Below are positions 16,914 to 27,275 of a stretch of DNA of 34,025 bases, piece after piece; position 1 is the first letter of the stretch, and each line of letters begins with the position of its first letter. The notes beneath the pieces were generated by a model, which made no database searches, was not told where the DNA came from, and worked only from the letters and a program-made list of their open reading frames with translations. Source of the stretch: a virus (Duplodnaviria; Caudoviricetes). The stretch lies in the IMG/VR virus record IMGVR_UViG_3300030433_001888, positions 1-34,025 of that record. One strand, 5' to 3'. Position numbers and translations under genes: made by a program.

Positions 16914-19028
16914 ATGGATTTGGCCCAATCATTAGCAGAGCGCAATGCCGCGCGCTACGAGGGTAACAACCCGCAAACGCGATACCTTGAAGAAAACTCG
17001 CCCGTGCCGGTGGACGGCAGCTATATTGTAAAGAACAATATACAGGACTTGCCAGACAGCGAAGAGGTCACAGAGGCCGAGCTGGTTGATCTGGAAAGCG
17101 ACCGGGGGCAGGTCTGGGCCGCAGCCAGTCGCGTCATTTATGACGCTATGTATGACAACGTCAATGCACTCACTATCAAGAAGCCCGAAAGCGAACAGGA
17201 TTTTGCGCGCTTTGGCGTTGAGTTTATGGGGCAGTTTGAACACAACATTTCGCAGATGGGCTACAATGTGGCAAAGCTGCAAAACGTCGATGATCGAACC
17301 AAGGCCGCCATGTATCATTTGCAGAGTGAATTTGGCAGGCTGCCCATGTTTACATGGAACGGTGTGCGACGTTTCACAAAGGGCATTTTTACCGACCTCA
17401 CAACTTACGCAGCACTAGGATCAGTGGGCCTTGGGTTTTTTGGCCGCGCGGGTGTGAAGCAGGCTACCAAAGAGGGCTTCAAGGGCATGCTGCGCAAAGG
17501 CATTGCCAACCCCTACACGATTGCTGCAATAGAGGGCGGTGCATATGGCGGTCTCTATGATTATTTTACGCAAGAGGTTGAGCTTGAAGCAAACATGCGC
17601 GACAGCATTGACCGGGGCAGATTAGCAACTTCTACGGCCATAGGCTCGGCTGCCGGGCCAGCTCTTGTCGGTGCTGGCGAGCTGGCTGCTAAGGGAATAC
17701 AGAGAGCGCGCCGCACTCGGCGAAACCGACAAGCACAGGACAATGAAACAGGCGATTTGTTTGATGACCCTGACGATGCCCCAACCCAAGCCCAAGACAC
17801 TCAAATGGATGCAATGGCGGGAGCGCGTATATTCGATGCCGATAATTATCAGCCGCCCACATCTGACAACCCTGTCTCAGTCGTCAAACCAAAAGACGAT
17901 GAACCAGGAATAATTGCCTTCCACGGTTCTGGCGCAGATTTTGATGAATTTAAGCTAGAAAAAATTGGCACTGGTGAGGGTGTGCAAGCTTATGGGTATG
18001 GGCTTTATTTTTCTGAAAGCGAGGATATAGCTAACTTTTACAAAGAAAGCATGGTTGCTCGTCAAGAATTTATGGGTTTGCCGATAAAGTATAAAGGACA
18101 AAAGTTTGCAGAATTTGAGGATTCAGCAGCAGCAGAGGCAGAGCCTCTTAAATATCAAATGATCGGTCAGTTGGGAAAAGAAATTCAAAGATTGTCTTAT
18201 AGCCCAGAATTAAGGCAACCAGCCAAAGCAAAGCAACAGCTTTTAGCTTCTTTTGATAAGCAGATTGAGGAGCAGCGCGCAACTTTTAAAAACGAAAGCA
18301 GCTCAGTCAAGGAAACTATGGAGCAAACATTTGTTACACCATTGATTGAAAAACGAGAAGCTTTAGAAAAAATTGACCCCGCTGACATAGAGCTAAATTT
18401 ACCAGAGGGCAAAACATATAAAGTTGGCTTGGCCCCTAAGCCTGACGAATTGCTAGATTTTGACAGACCCTATGAAGAACAAAGCCAAATCGTGCAAAAA
18501 CAACTTAAAAAGGCAGGGTATACGTCTGATCCTAAAACAAATACGTCAGGGCAGGCAATCATTGAAACTTTGATGACTAAAATTGCGCAAAACCTAAACA
18601 CCGAACGCGACAAACGGCTTGCAGAAATAAATATGGAGTTAGGCATTTTGTCCAAAATTATGGACGAAGATAGCGATGGCTATAGGCAAAATATGTCTCA
18701 GCGGGGCATTGACGCAAGCAATGAATATGATCGCCTTATGGAGGAAAAAGCCTCTTTGCCCAAAATGACAAAAGATGAAGCACGACGGCTTGCTTCTCAA
18801 AAACTTGCCAATGCTGGCATTCCTGGCATCAGATACAGCGCTGGACAGCAGACGCCGAACACGCCAATAAAAATACCTGCACCAAAAAATTATGTAATTT
18901 TTGATGATCAAGCTATCAAGGTTCTTGAAAAATACGGCATTGTCGGCCCAGTAGCTGTAAGCGCATTATCTGCAAATATGTCAAAAGATGACGATACCGA
19001 TGTAGCCAACGCATCTAAAACAATGTAA
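16914..19028 (+). CDS. Ejection protein with C-terminal ADP-ribosyltransferase-like (ART-PolyVal-type) domain
   Basis: Gly/Ala-rich membrane-type segment, then FHGSGADFDEF...IGTGEG.QAYGYGLYF...YKV...GIPGIRY...NYVIFDD. Confidence 0.7.
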   Translation: MDLAQSLAERNAARYEGNNPQTRYLEENSPVPVDGSYIVKNNIQDLPDSEEVTEAELVDLESDRGQVWAAASRVIYDAMYDNVNALTIKKPESEQDFARFGVEFMGQFEHNISQMGYNVAKLQNVDDRTKAAMYHLQSEFGRLPMFTWNGVRRFTKGIFTDLTTYAALGSVGLGFFGRAGVKQATKEGFKGMLRKGIANPYTIAAIEGGAYGGLYDYFTQEVELEANMRDSIDRGRLATSTAIGSAAGPALVGAGELAAKGIQRARRTRRNRQAQDNETGDLFDDPDDAPTQAQDTQMDAMAGARIFDADNYQPPTSDNPVSVVKPKDDEPGIIAFHGSGADFDEFKLEKIGTGEGVQAYGYGLYFSESEDIANFYKESMVARQEFMGLPIKYKGQKFAEFEDSAAAEAEPLKYQMIGQLGKEIQRLSYSPELRQPAKAKQQLLASFDKQIEEQRATFKNESSSVKETMEQTFVTPLIEKREALEKIDPADIELNLPEGKTYKVGLAPKPDELLDFDRPYEEQSQIVQKQLKKAGYTSDPKTNTSGQAIIETLMTKIAQNLNTERDKRLAEINMELGILSKIMDEDSDGYRQNMSQRGIDASNEYDRLMEEKASLPKMTKDEARRLASQKLANAGIPGIRYSAGQQTPNTPIKIPAPKNYVIFDDQAIKVLEKYGIVGPVAVSALSANMSKDDDTDVANASKTM

Positions 19029-19040
19029 TTTCATTTAACT

Positions 19041-19062
19041 GGCCGCCCTGCGCGGCCTTTTT
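19041..19062 (+). terminator. Intergenic terminator-like hairpin
   Basis: GGCCGC-N5-GCGGCC-TTTTT. Confidence 0.55.
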
Positions 19063-19066
19063 CTAT

Positions 19067-22000
19067 ATGGCAATAAATTCAAACGTACCAGATAGGCTGG
19101 CGCGCGAAGCGCTGGCCACCGGCGGCATGCGTCGGCCTTTGCAAGGGCAAGACGTGCTAGAGACAGACCCACGCCAACTTGACCTTGAGCTGCTGCCCAA
19201 GGCTGAGCTGGATGCCATAGAGCAAGTGACGCCAACGGACACGGAAGAGATCGAGGTTGCTGTGCTTGGCCATGCAGGGCCGCTTGCCAATAAGGTTTTA
19301 CAGGGTGGCAAAGAGATGGTTGGCCGCGCTCTGTCGCCAAAAGAGGACGTATTCAATAAATCTCAAGAGGTACTGCAACGCCTTAGAGAAGAAGAGCTGG
19401 TGCCACCAGAGCAAGCCCCGCCAGTTTTGGAACCAGATGCAGCGCCTGCCACCGGCGATGACCTCAATGCCGAAATGGAAAGCATGGGTTTCAATCAAGC
19501 CTATGACGATGATCAAGCCCAGGGTTATGAGGCGTTTCAGCAAGGCTCCGTTGTTGATCGCGACACAGAAGACCAGGTGCGCCGGATACTAGATGAACCC
19601 GCCCAGGTAGACAGCAAGGGCATGCTGGATGATTTCCGTGCGGTAGGCGCGGCAGGTGACGCTAAAATCCCTGATGAAGAAGGGGTGCTCTCATCAATCC
19701 AGGCAATAAGCAAAACATATGCCGGCAAGATAACCGAAGAAAAGCGCGGCACTATCACGCTCGAAGCGACGCGCCAGCTTGCTGATTTGGTTGGCGTGGC
19801 CCCAGAGCGTTTGCAGGCCACAATTCTTGGCCGCCAGCGTGGCGGTGTAATCATTGACCAAGAGGGTGGTCTGGGCCTTGCCGAAAGTATGGTGGCCGCG
19901 CGCGATCTGCTAGTTGCAGAAATGAAGAGGCTGGATCAGCTCGCAAAAAAAGCTGAATTCGGAACTGATGAAGACGCGCTAAATTTTCGCGCACAGCTTG
20001 AGCTGGTCGCGCAGTTGCAAGCGCAAATAAAGGGCGCTCAAACAGAAATAGCCAGAGCGCTTAGCTCGTTTCGCATTCCAGCGCGAGATGCTGGCCAGGG
20101 TGAAGAAATGCGAGCAGGCGACGTGCAGAACCTGCTGGAGCAGTTTGGCGGGGCCGACGATGCCAAGGACATGGCAAAAGCCTACAACCAAGCCGGCAGC
20201 AACCCGGCGGCTAAGGCAGCAGTGGCAAGGGGCTTCTCCAAAACCAAGCGGTTCAGTGACGCTGCTTACGAGGTGTGGATCAACGTGCTGTTGAGCAGCC
20301 CCGTTACACACACAAAAAACATTGTGGGTGCCTTTCTGACGACATTTGCACATTTACCGGAAACATATGCAGCCGCAACTGTAGGCGCTGTGCGACAGAG
20401 GCTCGGCGGCCGCCAAGCTGCTGTGTCTATGGGCGAGGCAAATGCGGCATTGTTTGGCACGGTAATGTCCATGCGAGAGGCTTTCGGCGCTGCCGGCAAA
20501 ACATTTAAAACCGGCGATCAAGCAATCGCTGGTAGCAAGCTAGAGGGGCATCAGGGCAGGCGCAATCCTAGAGCATTCAGCGCTCAAGGTCTGCAAGCTC
20601 AAGGTTACGGCACAGCCATCGACATGCTCGGCAAGTTTATGACGCTAGGCCGGTTGCCCACCCGCGCCCTAGAGTTTGAGGACACGTTTTTCAAGGTGGT
20701 TGCACAGCGCCAGCTCCTGTATCAGAACGCCTATTCTACAGGCGTAGCAAAGGGCTTGCGTGGCGACGAGCTTGCCACACACATTGCTGAGTTTGTATTT
20801 GACCCACCTGCAAGCGCTTTAGAAAAAGCAGATGCACATGCTCAATATGTAACGCTACAAACAAACTTGGACAGCGTCGGCAAAAGCATGAAAAACATCC
20901 GGGACAAAGTTCCTGGCATGAGATATTTTTTGCCGTTTCTTAAAACGCCATATAACGCATTTAAATATGCGTTCATAGATCGCGGCCCTATCGGGTTGTT
21001 TTACGGAGAAAGCAAGGCGGCCATAGATAAAGCGAAGCTGCCAGGCGCGACAATGGCTGACAGGGCTGCGGGTGATGCAGCCATTGCACGATTAAGTATG
21101 GGCAACGCCACCCTATTTACCATGGCAGGGCTTGTGGCGGCTGGTCAGGTAACTGGCAAGGGGCCAAACGATAAGGGCATCCGTGACAATCTGCGCCAAA
21201 CTGGCTGGCAACCTTACAGCGTAAAGGTAGGCAATCAATATGTAAGCTATGTCGGAATGGAACCGTTTAGCTCCGTGATGATGCTTGGTGCTGATGCTGC
21301 CGAAGTTTTGATGAGCGGTGCCGTTGATCAAGACAGCGCTGAGGAACTGATCGCCGGAGTGGCGGCGGCCTTTGCTTACCAGCTTACCGAAAAAACTTTT
21401 ATGTCTGGGTTTTCAAGCCTGGTAAATACTCTAAACGATCCTACTCGTTATGCTGGCAACACCATTGAAAGCCTGGTTGGGTCTTTTGTCCCGCGAATAG
21501 TCGCGCAGATTGAGCGAAATGTTGATCCAACGGTGCGCGCTGCTGAAGGCGTTTTGGAGCGCATAAAATCACAGGTGCCGGGTTGGAGTTCAACCCTGCC
21601 GCCGAGGCGCAACCTTGCAGGTCAGGCCATTGTGTTAGACGGAGCATACGGCCCTGACGTATTCAGCCCATTATACTCAACGACAACTGGGCCAAACAAA
21701 TTTGACCCGGACAAAAAGCGCGCGCAACGCGCGTTTGATATGTTCCAAGAGCTTATTGACGTGCGGTTTAAAAGCACTCCGCACCCGGACACATTTAATT
21801 CGGATATTAGTCTGTCGCCAGAGGCAACAGACGTTTACCACCAGTATGCCGGCAAGCGCACTCTGGACTATTTAGAAAAACTTTTTGCTAACGATGAATA
21901 TCAGCGAGTAAGGGCCAACGCTTTGAACGGCGACCTGACGGCGCGTGAAATATTGCACAACAGTATCCGCAGGCAAGTTGCCGCAGCGCGAAAAGACGCC

Positions 22001-22108
22001 AAAGAAGACCTGCAGAGAGATCCTGAATATGGACAAAAACTGAACGACCTGCTTGAGAGGATCGGCGAAGACAAAAAAGAAAAATATAGGAAGGCGATTG
22101 AACGCTAA
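19067..22108 (+). CDS. Large internal virion/ejection protein (gp16-like)
   Basis: 1013 aa; ED.FFK, PF.KTP.N, G.VTG.GP, GWQPYS motifs typical of podoviral core proteins. Confidence 0.75.
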   Translation: MAINSNVPDRLAREALATGGMRRPLQGQDVLETDPRQLDLELLPKAELDAIEQVTPTDTEEIEVAVLGHAGPLANKVLQGGKEMVGRALSPKEDVFNKSQEVLQRLREEELVPPEQAPPVLEPDAAPATGDDLNAEMESMGFNQAYDDDQAQGYEAFQQGSVVDRDTEDQVRRILDEPAQVDSKGMLDDFRAVGAAGDAKIPDEEGVLSSIQAISKTYAGKITEEKRGTITLEATRQLADLVGVAPERLQATILGRQRGGVIIDQEGGLGLAESMVAARDLLVAEMKRLDQLAKKAEFGTDEDALNFRAQLELVAQLQAQIKGAQTEIARALSSFRIPARDAGQGEEMRAGDVQNLLEQFGGADDAKDMAKAYNQAGSNPAAKAAVARGFSKTKRFSDAAYEVWINVLLSSPVTHTKNIVGAFLTTFAHLPETYAAATVGAVRQRLGGRQAAVSMGEANAALFGTVMSMREAFGAAGKTFKTGDQAIAGSKLEGHQGRRNPRAFSAQGLQAQGYGTAIDMLGKFMTLGRLPTRALEFEDTFFKVVAQRQLLYQNAYSTGVAKGLRGDELATHIAEFVFDPPASALEKADAHAQYVTLQTNLDSVGKSMKNIRDKVPGMRYFLPFLKTPYNAFKYAFIDRGPIGLFYGESKAAIDKAKLPGATMADRAAGDAAIARLSMGNATLFTMAGLVAAGQVTGKGPNDKGIRDNLRQTGWQPYSVKVGNQYVSYVGMEPFSSVMMLGADAAEVLMSGAVDQDSAEELIAGVAAAFAYQLTEKTFMSGFSSLVNTLNDPTRYAGNTIESLVGSFVPRIVAQIERNVDPTVRAAEGVLERIKSQVPGWSSTLPPRRNLAGQAIVLDGAYGPDVFSPLYSTTTGPNKFDPDKKRAQRAFDMFQELIDVRFKSTPHPDTFNSDISLSPEATDVYHQYAGKRTLDYLEKLFANDEYQRVRANALNGDLTAREILHNSIRRQVAAARKDAKEDLQRDPEYGQKLNDLLERIGEDKKEKYRKAIER

Positions 22109-22126
22109 GGAAGAGGCTAGGAATAT

Positions 22127-25018
22127 ATGACAGTATCTACAACAACATCAAAGGCATCCGCGAGTGCAAACGGCACACAGCACAGCTTTGCCTATGGGTT
22201 CAAAATATTTGCCGATGCCGACCTGCAAGTAATTGTGCGCGCCGCTGACGGCACTGAAACATTAAAGACGCTCAACACACATTATATTGTGACTAATGCA
22301 GGCAGCTCAAGCGGCGGCAACGTCTTGTTTAAATTCAATACCGGCACCAGCTCTGACGCCCATTTCAGCAGCACAGACCAGCGCCCTCAGTCTGGCGAAA
22401 CCGTTGTTATTAAGCGTGAGCTGACGCTGACCCAAGGCACAGACTATGTCGCAAACGATCCCTTTCCAGCAGAAAGCCATGAGGATGCGCTCGACCGGCT
22501 AACCTTTATAACCCAGCAGCAACAGGAAGAGCTTGACCGCACGATCAAGGCGTCCGTGACTAACACCATTAGTGGGGCAGAGTTTGCTCTGTCAGCGACC
22601 GACCGCGCAAACAAAGTTATGGCGTTTGACGGCTCCGGCGATCTCAGCGTGACGCAAGAGCTTGGAACATTCAAAGGCAACTGGGCTGCAAGCACTGACT
22701 ATGTTGTGCGGGATATTGTCAAAGATAGCGGCACCAATAACATCTTTATAGTGAACACCGCGCACACATCCTCTGGCTCGTTGCCACTGACAACAAACAC
22801 CAACAGCGCAAAATATGATCTCATAGTCGATGCGGCCACAGCAACAACAGCTCAGACGGCTGCGGCGTCCAGCGCTTCAGCAGCCAGCACCAGCGCAAGC
22901 ACGGCAACCACAAAGGCGTCCGAGGCTGCAACCTCTGCCACAAACGCTGCGACCAGTGCCTCGACGGCGACAACAAAGGCCAGCGAGGCATCAACATCTG
23001 CCAGCAATGCCAGCACCAGCGAGACAAACGCCGCAGCCTCTGCAACTACTGCATCGACACAGGCATCGACTGCTACCACTAAGGCAAGCGAGGCAGGCAC
23101 CAGCGCAACTAACGCAGCAGCGAGCGCCTCGACGGCTACGACCAAAGCAAGTGAAGCGGCTACCAGTGAAACAAATGCCGCAGCTTCTGCAAGCACAGCC
23201 ACGACAAAAGCGTCTGAGGCTGCGACAAGCGCCACCAACGCCGCGACCTCTGAGACCAATGCGGCAACAAGCGCAACCGGCGCAGCCAGCTCGGCAACGG
23301 CAGCCGCGTCGTCTGCAACTGCGGCGGCATCTTCACAAACTGCGGCAGCGGCCTCTGCGGCAAGCGCGGCCTCGGCATTTGATAATTTTGATGATACTTA
23401 CCTCGGAAGCAAAACTAGCAATCCAACAGTCGATAATGATGGCGATGCACTTGTGGCAGGTGCGTTGTATTTCAACAGCACGGCCAATGAGATGCGTGTC
23501 TATGATGGTGCAAACTGGATTGCCGCAACCTCGGCTGGCAATGTAAGTTTGATCCTGTACGAATACACTGCTACGTCTGGCCAAACTACCTTCTCAGGCA
23601 GTGACGATAACAGTGCCACACTGTCCTACACAGTAGACAATCTTCAGGTTGTGATGAATGGCGTGGTGCTTGATCCAGCAGATTTTACTGCAACCAATGG
23701 CACCAGTGTTGTGCTGGATAGCGGAGCTACGCTTGGCGACCAAATAAACATCTATGCTTTTAAATCTTTTACTACAGCAGATATGGTTTCCAAAACCTCT
23801 GGTGGTACGTTTAGTGGTGCAGTTGGATTTAGTGGTGGCATCACAGGTGATGTAACTATCGATGACAAAATTGTTCACGCTAGCGATACCAACACCGCCA
23901 TCCGCTTTCCAGCTAACGATACGGTCACAATAGAAACGGCTGGCTCAGAACGTGTGCGTGTTACTGATGCTGGAAATGTTGGTATTGGCGCAACGCCAAA
24001 TGCTTATACGGGTTTTACAGTTCTTACTCTTGGCGGTTCAGGTAGTTCTGACTTAGATTTTGAAAAAAATGGTACTGTCATTGCTTCTCAATATACAACG
24101 AGTAGCAATGACAAGTTTTTTATCCAATCAGTTCAGGATGGAATGGTTTTTCAAACGGCTGGAAGTAATGACCGTATGGTTATTGACAGTTCGGGCAATG
24201 TGCTGGTGTCGAAAACGTCAGCCAACACTAGCACTGTAGGCGTGGAAGCAAGAGAAAATGGACTGCTTGTCGCCACTAGGGACGGCGGTCAACCATTATT
24301 GGTTGACCGATTAACAGATGATGGCAACTTAGTTTTATTGCGCAAAGACAGCGCAGGTGTTGGGGGCATTAGTACAAAATCAAGTGACATCATCATTGGC
24401 ACGGGTGACGCAGGAATAAGTTTCAACGATGGCAATAACGCTGTTATTCCTGCGAAATTTGGCACTAATGAATTTAGTGATAATTTTCTTGATTTAGGTG
24501 CATCAACCAATCGCTGGGATGATGTCCGTGCCACCAACGGCACTATTCAAACATCAGACGCAAATGAAAAACAACAAATTGCCAGCCTAACTGACGCAGA
24601 AATTACTGCCGCCAAAGCAATCAGCAAACTGTTCAAGACCTTCAAATGGAATGACAAGGTTGAAGCCAAAGGCGATGCCGCCAGAACGCACACTGGCGTA
24701 GTTGCCCAAGAGGTGCAGTCGGCTATGAGCGATGCAGGGCTTGATGCAACCAAATACGCTTTCTGGTGTTCTGACACTTGGTGGGAAAAAGATGTTGAGG
24801 TGCCAGCCCTGGAAGCTGACGAAGAAAACGGCATTGAGGCACAAGACGCATACACCCGCACAGATACGTATCACACAGCCGAAGAAGCACCTGAAGGTGC
24901 AACAGAGCGCACCCGCCTTGGTGTTCGCTATCCTGAACTGCTGGCGTTCATCGGTGCGGCGACAGAGCAACGATTGGCTGACATTGAAACACGATTAACT
25001 GCACTGGAGGCTGGATAA
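22127..25018 (+). CDS. Tail fibre with T7 gp17-like N-terminus, Ala/Ser/Thr stalk and C-terminal S74-type autochaperone
   Basis: E.ALDRLT...QQ anchor; TSDANEKQQI, HTGVVAQEV, GVRYPEL, RLTALE. Confidence 0.9.
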   Translation: MTVSTTTSKASASANGTQHSFAYGFKIFADADLQVIVRAADGTETLKTLNTHYIVTNAGSSSGGNVLFKFNTGTSSDAHFSSTDQRPQSGETVVIKRELTLTQGTDYVANDPFPAESHEDALDRLTFITQQQQEELDRTIKASVTNTISGAEFALSATDRANKVMAFDGSGDLSVTQELGTFKGNWAASTDYVVRDIVKDSGTNNIFIVNTAHTSSGSLPLTTNTNSAKYDLIVDAATATTAQTAAASSASAASTSASTATTKASEAATSATNAATSASTATTKASEASTSASNASTSETNAAASATTASTQASTATTKASEAGTSATNAAASASTATTKASEAATSETNAAASASTATTKASEAATSATNAATSETNAATSATGAASSATAAASSATAAASSQTAAAASAASAASAFDNFDDTYLGSKTSNPTVDNDGDALVAGALYFNSTANEMRVYDGANWIAATSAGNVSLILYEYTATSGQTTFSGSDDNSATLSYTVDNLQVVMNGVVLDPADFTATNGTSVVLDSGATLGDQINIYAFKSFTTADMVSKTSGGTFSGAVGFSGGITGDVTIDDKIVHASDTNTAIRFPANDTVTIETAGSERVRVTDAGNVGIGATPNAYTGFTVLTLGGSGSSDLDFEKNGTVIASQYTTSSNDKFFIQSVQDGMVFQTAGSNDRMVIDSSGNVLVSKTSANTSTVGVEARENGLLVATRDGGQPLLVDRLTDDGNLVLLRKDSAGVGGISTKSSDIIIGTGDAGISFNDGNNAVIPAKFGTNEFSDNFLDLGASTNRWDDVRATNGTIQTSDANEKQQIASLTDAEITAAKAISKLFKTFKWNDKVEAKGDAARTHTGVVAQEVQSAMSDAGLDATKYAFWCSDTWWEKDVEVPALEADEENGIEAQDAYTRTDTYHTAEEAPEGATERTRLGVRYPELLAFIGAATEQRLADIETRLTALEAG
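22855..23380 (+). repeat. Coding heptad repeats (SASTATTKASEAATSATNAA)n
   Basis: About 5 imperfect 21-aa units in the fibre; codons diverged. Confidence 0.8.
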
Positions 25019-26118
25019 TGACTAGCAAAGCAAGACAACTAGCACAATCTGCAAGCGCACCTGATGGTCGTAAGAATATTGTAATAAATGGTGCAATGAA
25101 CGTCTGTCAAAGAGCAACTTCAGTATCTGGTTTGGGTGATGTATCGAATAGCGGATATCACGTTCAAGATAGGTTTGATATGGTTTTTAGCACTTCTGGA
25201 CGTTTTACTGTGTCTCAAGACAGTGATGCGCCAGCAGGGTTTAGTTCAGCAATGAAGCTGGCTTGTACAACTGCTGATACTTCTATTGGGGCTGATGAGT
25301 TTGGGCTTATTTCTTATCAAATAGAGGGTCAAGATTTGCAACATTTGCATAAAGGAACTTCGAGCGCAAAAGAACTGACGTTGTCTTTTTATGCAAAAGC
25401 AAATGCCTCAAAAACTTATGTAGTTGAAATGAGAGACTATGATAACAGCAGAATAATGTCCAAAGCATTTACGGTTGGAACAAGCTATAGTCGCATTGAG
25501 TTGACTTTCCCTGCCGACACAACAGGAGAGCTTGATAATGATAACGCCAGAAGTTTTGCAATTAATATTTTTATTCATGCTGGCAGCACTTATTCCAGTG
25601 GCACTTTAGGCACAACGTGGGCAGCTTCGGTCACAGCCAATCGTGCGGCGGGAGTTGAAAGTTTTTTTAGCAGTACAGACAACACATTTTTCATAACAGG
25701 CATCCAACTTGAAGTCGGCTCAGTAGCCACTGAGTTTGAGCATCGCACTTTTGCTGAAGATTTGCAGTTGTGTCAGAGATATTTTATTCGTTATCCAAGT
25801 TTGGCTGATGCGTCCACAGCAGTGTACCTCGCATTAGGTATGATACACAATTCGGCTATTGCTTATTTTCCACTGACATTACCTGTGCCTATGCGAACAG
25901 AGCCAGATTTGTCTATTTCTGGAACAGCAGATTTTCAAAGCATTGATAGTGGGACAATAAGAAACTTAACAAATCTTACACTTCTGGCAGATGGTTCTAT
26001 AGACAACAAAGTAATCGCTTTACAGGGTGCAGGAACTTTTCCCAACGAAGATAGGCCATCCATCTTGAAGGGCGATGGTACTTCAGGTGGTCACTTTGCT
26101 TTAGATGCGGAGCTTTGA
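25018..26118 (+). CDS. Second fibre/receptor-binding protein, carbohydrate-binding-like fold
   Basis: KNIVING.M.V.QR, TLSFYAK, ITGIQLEVGSVATEFEHR...LQLCQRY. Confidence 0.75.
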   Translation: MTSKARQLAQSASAPDGRKNIVINGAMNVCQRATSVSGLGDVSNSGYHVQDRFDMVFSTSGRFTVSQDSDAPAGFSSAMKLACTTADTSIGADEFGLISYQIEGQDLQHLHKGTSSAKELTLSFYAKANASKTYVVEMRDYDNSRIMSKAFTVGTSYSRIELTFPADTTGELDNDNARSFAINIFIHAGSTYSSGTLGTTWAASVTANRAAGVESFFSSTDNTFFITGIQLEVGSVATEFEHRTFAEDLQLCQRYFIRYPSLADASTAVYLALGMIHNSAIAYFPLTLPVPMRTEPDLSISGTADFQSIDSGTIRNLTNLTLLADGSIDNKVIALQGAGTFPNEDRPSILKGDGTSGGHFALDAEL

Positions 26119-26120
26119 GT

Positions 26121-26303
26121 ATGGATGAGATGAATATTACATCAGCAAAGTTTATTGCAGATATGGATGGTAACAACACATCTATTCAATGCACAATAAA
26201 TGGAACGATATGGTGCGTTCTAATGAATAACGATAGCACCCGATATCAAGAAATTTTACGACAAGTAGAAGCTGGCACACTTACAATTGTGGATGCTGAC
26301 TGA
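26121..26303 (+). CDS. Small fibre-associated protein/chaperone
   Basis: YQEILRQVEAGTLTI.DAD; follows the fibre gene. Confidence 0.6.
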   Translation: MDEMNITSAKFIADMDGNNTSIQCTINGTIWCVLMNNDSTRYQEILRQVEAGTLTIVDAD

Positions 26304-26470
26304 TGACGAGACCAACAGCAGCAAGCGTCCAAGCCCAGCTTGATACACATGAGGCCGTGTGCGCTGAGCGGTGGGCCGAGACCATTGCCAGGATCAAGAG
26401 GATCGAGCTTCTGATTATCACAAGTGCCGGTGGCAGCATTGCGCTGCTGCTTTCGCTGGTTCTGACGTAG
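26303..26470 (+). CDS. 55-aa coiled-coil plus TM protein, XhlA-like (not in the ORF track)
   Basis: MTRPTAASVQAQLDTHEAVCAERWAETIARIKRIELLIITSAGGSIALLLSLVLT*. Confidence 0.7.
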   Translation: MTRPTAASVQAQLDTHEAVCAERWAETIARIKRIELLIITSAGGSIALLLSLVLT

Positions 26471-26479
26471 GCACCCAAA

Positions 26480-26923
26480 ATGCTCGGCGAATTGGCGGCA
26501 GCTAACGCGGCCTTTGCAATCATTAAACAAGCTGTGCAAAACGGACGCGAGCTTGCCGATGCCGGAGCGGCTATCACAAAATATGTTGGTGCAAAAGAGG
26601 AATTGTCACGACGGGCAAAAAAGAAAAAACGCCGAGGCGTAGACAACAGCGACCTCGAAGAGTTCATGGCGCTTGAGAAACTGAAGCAACAGGAAGATCA
26701 GCTACGGGAGACAATGATCTGGTCGGGCCGACCCGGACTATGGCAGGACTGGCAGGCATTTCAAGCGCAGGCGCGTAAGTCTCGTCGTGTCCAGGAGCAG
26801 CTCGCCAGGAAACGCCGCGAAGAATTTGTCCGCGCATTTATGATTTTTCTCGGCATTGTAGTCGGCATCGTCGGCGTTGTTGGGCTGATTGTCTGGGCCT
26901 TGTTCTTACGAGCTTTACAATGA
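26480..26923 (+). CDS. Membrane-anchored hypothetical protein (lysis region)
   Basis: Helical, with C-terminal TM segment. Confidence 0.7.
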   Translation: MLGELAAANAAFAIIKQAVQNGRELADAGAAITKYVGAKEELSRRAKKKKRRGVDNSDLEEFMALEKLKQQEDQLRETMIWSGRPGLWQDWQAFQAQARKSRRVQEQLARKRREEFVRAFMIFLGIVVGIVGVVGLIVWALFLRALQ

Positions 26924-27147
26924 TGGACGTGTTTTTGTTGCTGGTTTATCTGGGCGTCGGTGAAGACCGGCGCATGGAAAGCAACAAGATGCATTTTCGT
27001 GATTTAACAGAGTGCAACTTTTTTGCGCGCAATCTGAGCAAGCGCTACGGCACACATCGCGACATGCGATACATCGACAAGCGAGATCGGGTCACTGCTT
27101 ACTGCGTACCGAAGCGCGTCGATCCCAAAAGAGTAAGGGTCTATTGA
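26920..27147 (+). CDS. Small exported hypothetical protein
   Basis: Hydrophobic N-terminus, F..L..C...AYCVP; ATGA overlap. Confidence 0.6.
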   Translation: MMDVFLLLVYLGVGEDRRMESNKMHFRDLTECNFFARNLSKRYGTHRDMRYIDKRDRVTAYCVPKRVDPKRVRVY

Positions 27148-27275
27148 AAATTTATAGGTATCAGCGGCTAAACAAGATGCGCGCTTACAACCTTGCGCGG
27201 AAAAAAGAGCGCAAGACCAACAGCACAAACTTTCAGATTTATAAACGCAACAATCGGGATAATATCTATGCTTAA
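27144..27275 (+). CDS. 43-aa basic AT-rich ORF (TTG start)
   Basis: TTGA overlap upstream and 8-bp overlap with the holin start. Confidence 0.4.
   Translation: MKIYRYQRLNKMRAYNLARKKERKTNSTNFQIYKRNNRDNIYA

Noticed and set aside
22127-26118. Diversity-generating retroelement or invertible fibre cassette
   Set aside because: No reverse transcriptase, TR/VR pair, invertase or flanking inverted repeats seen.
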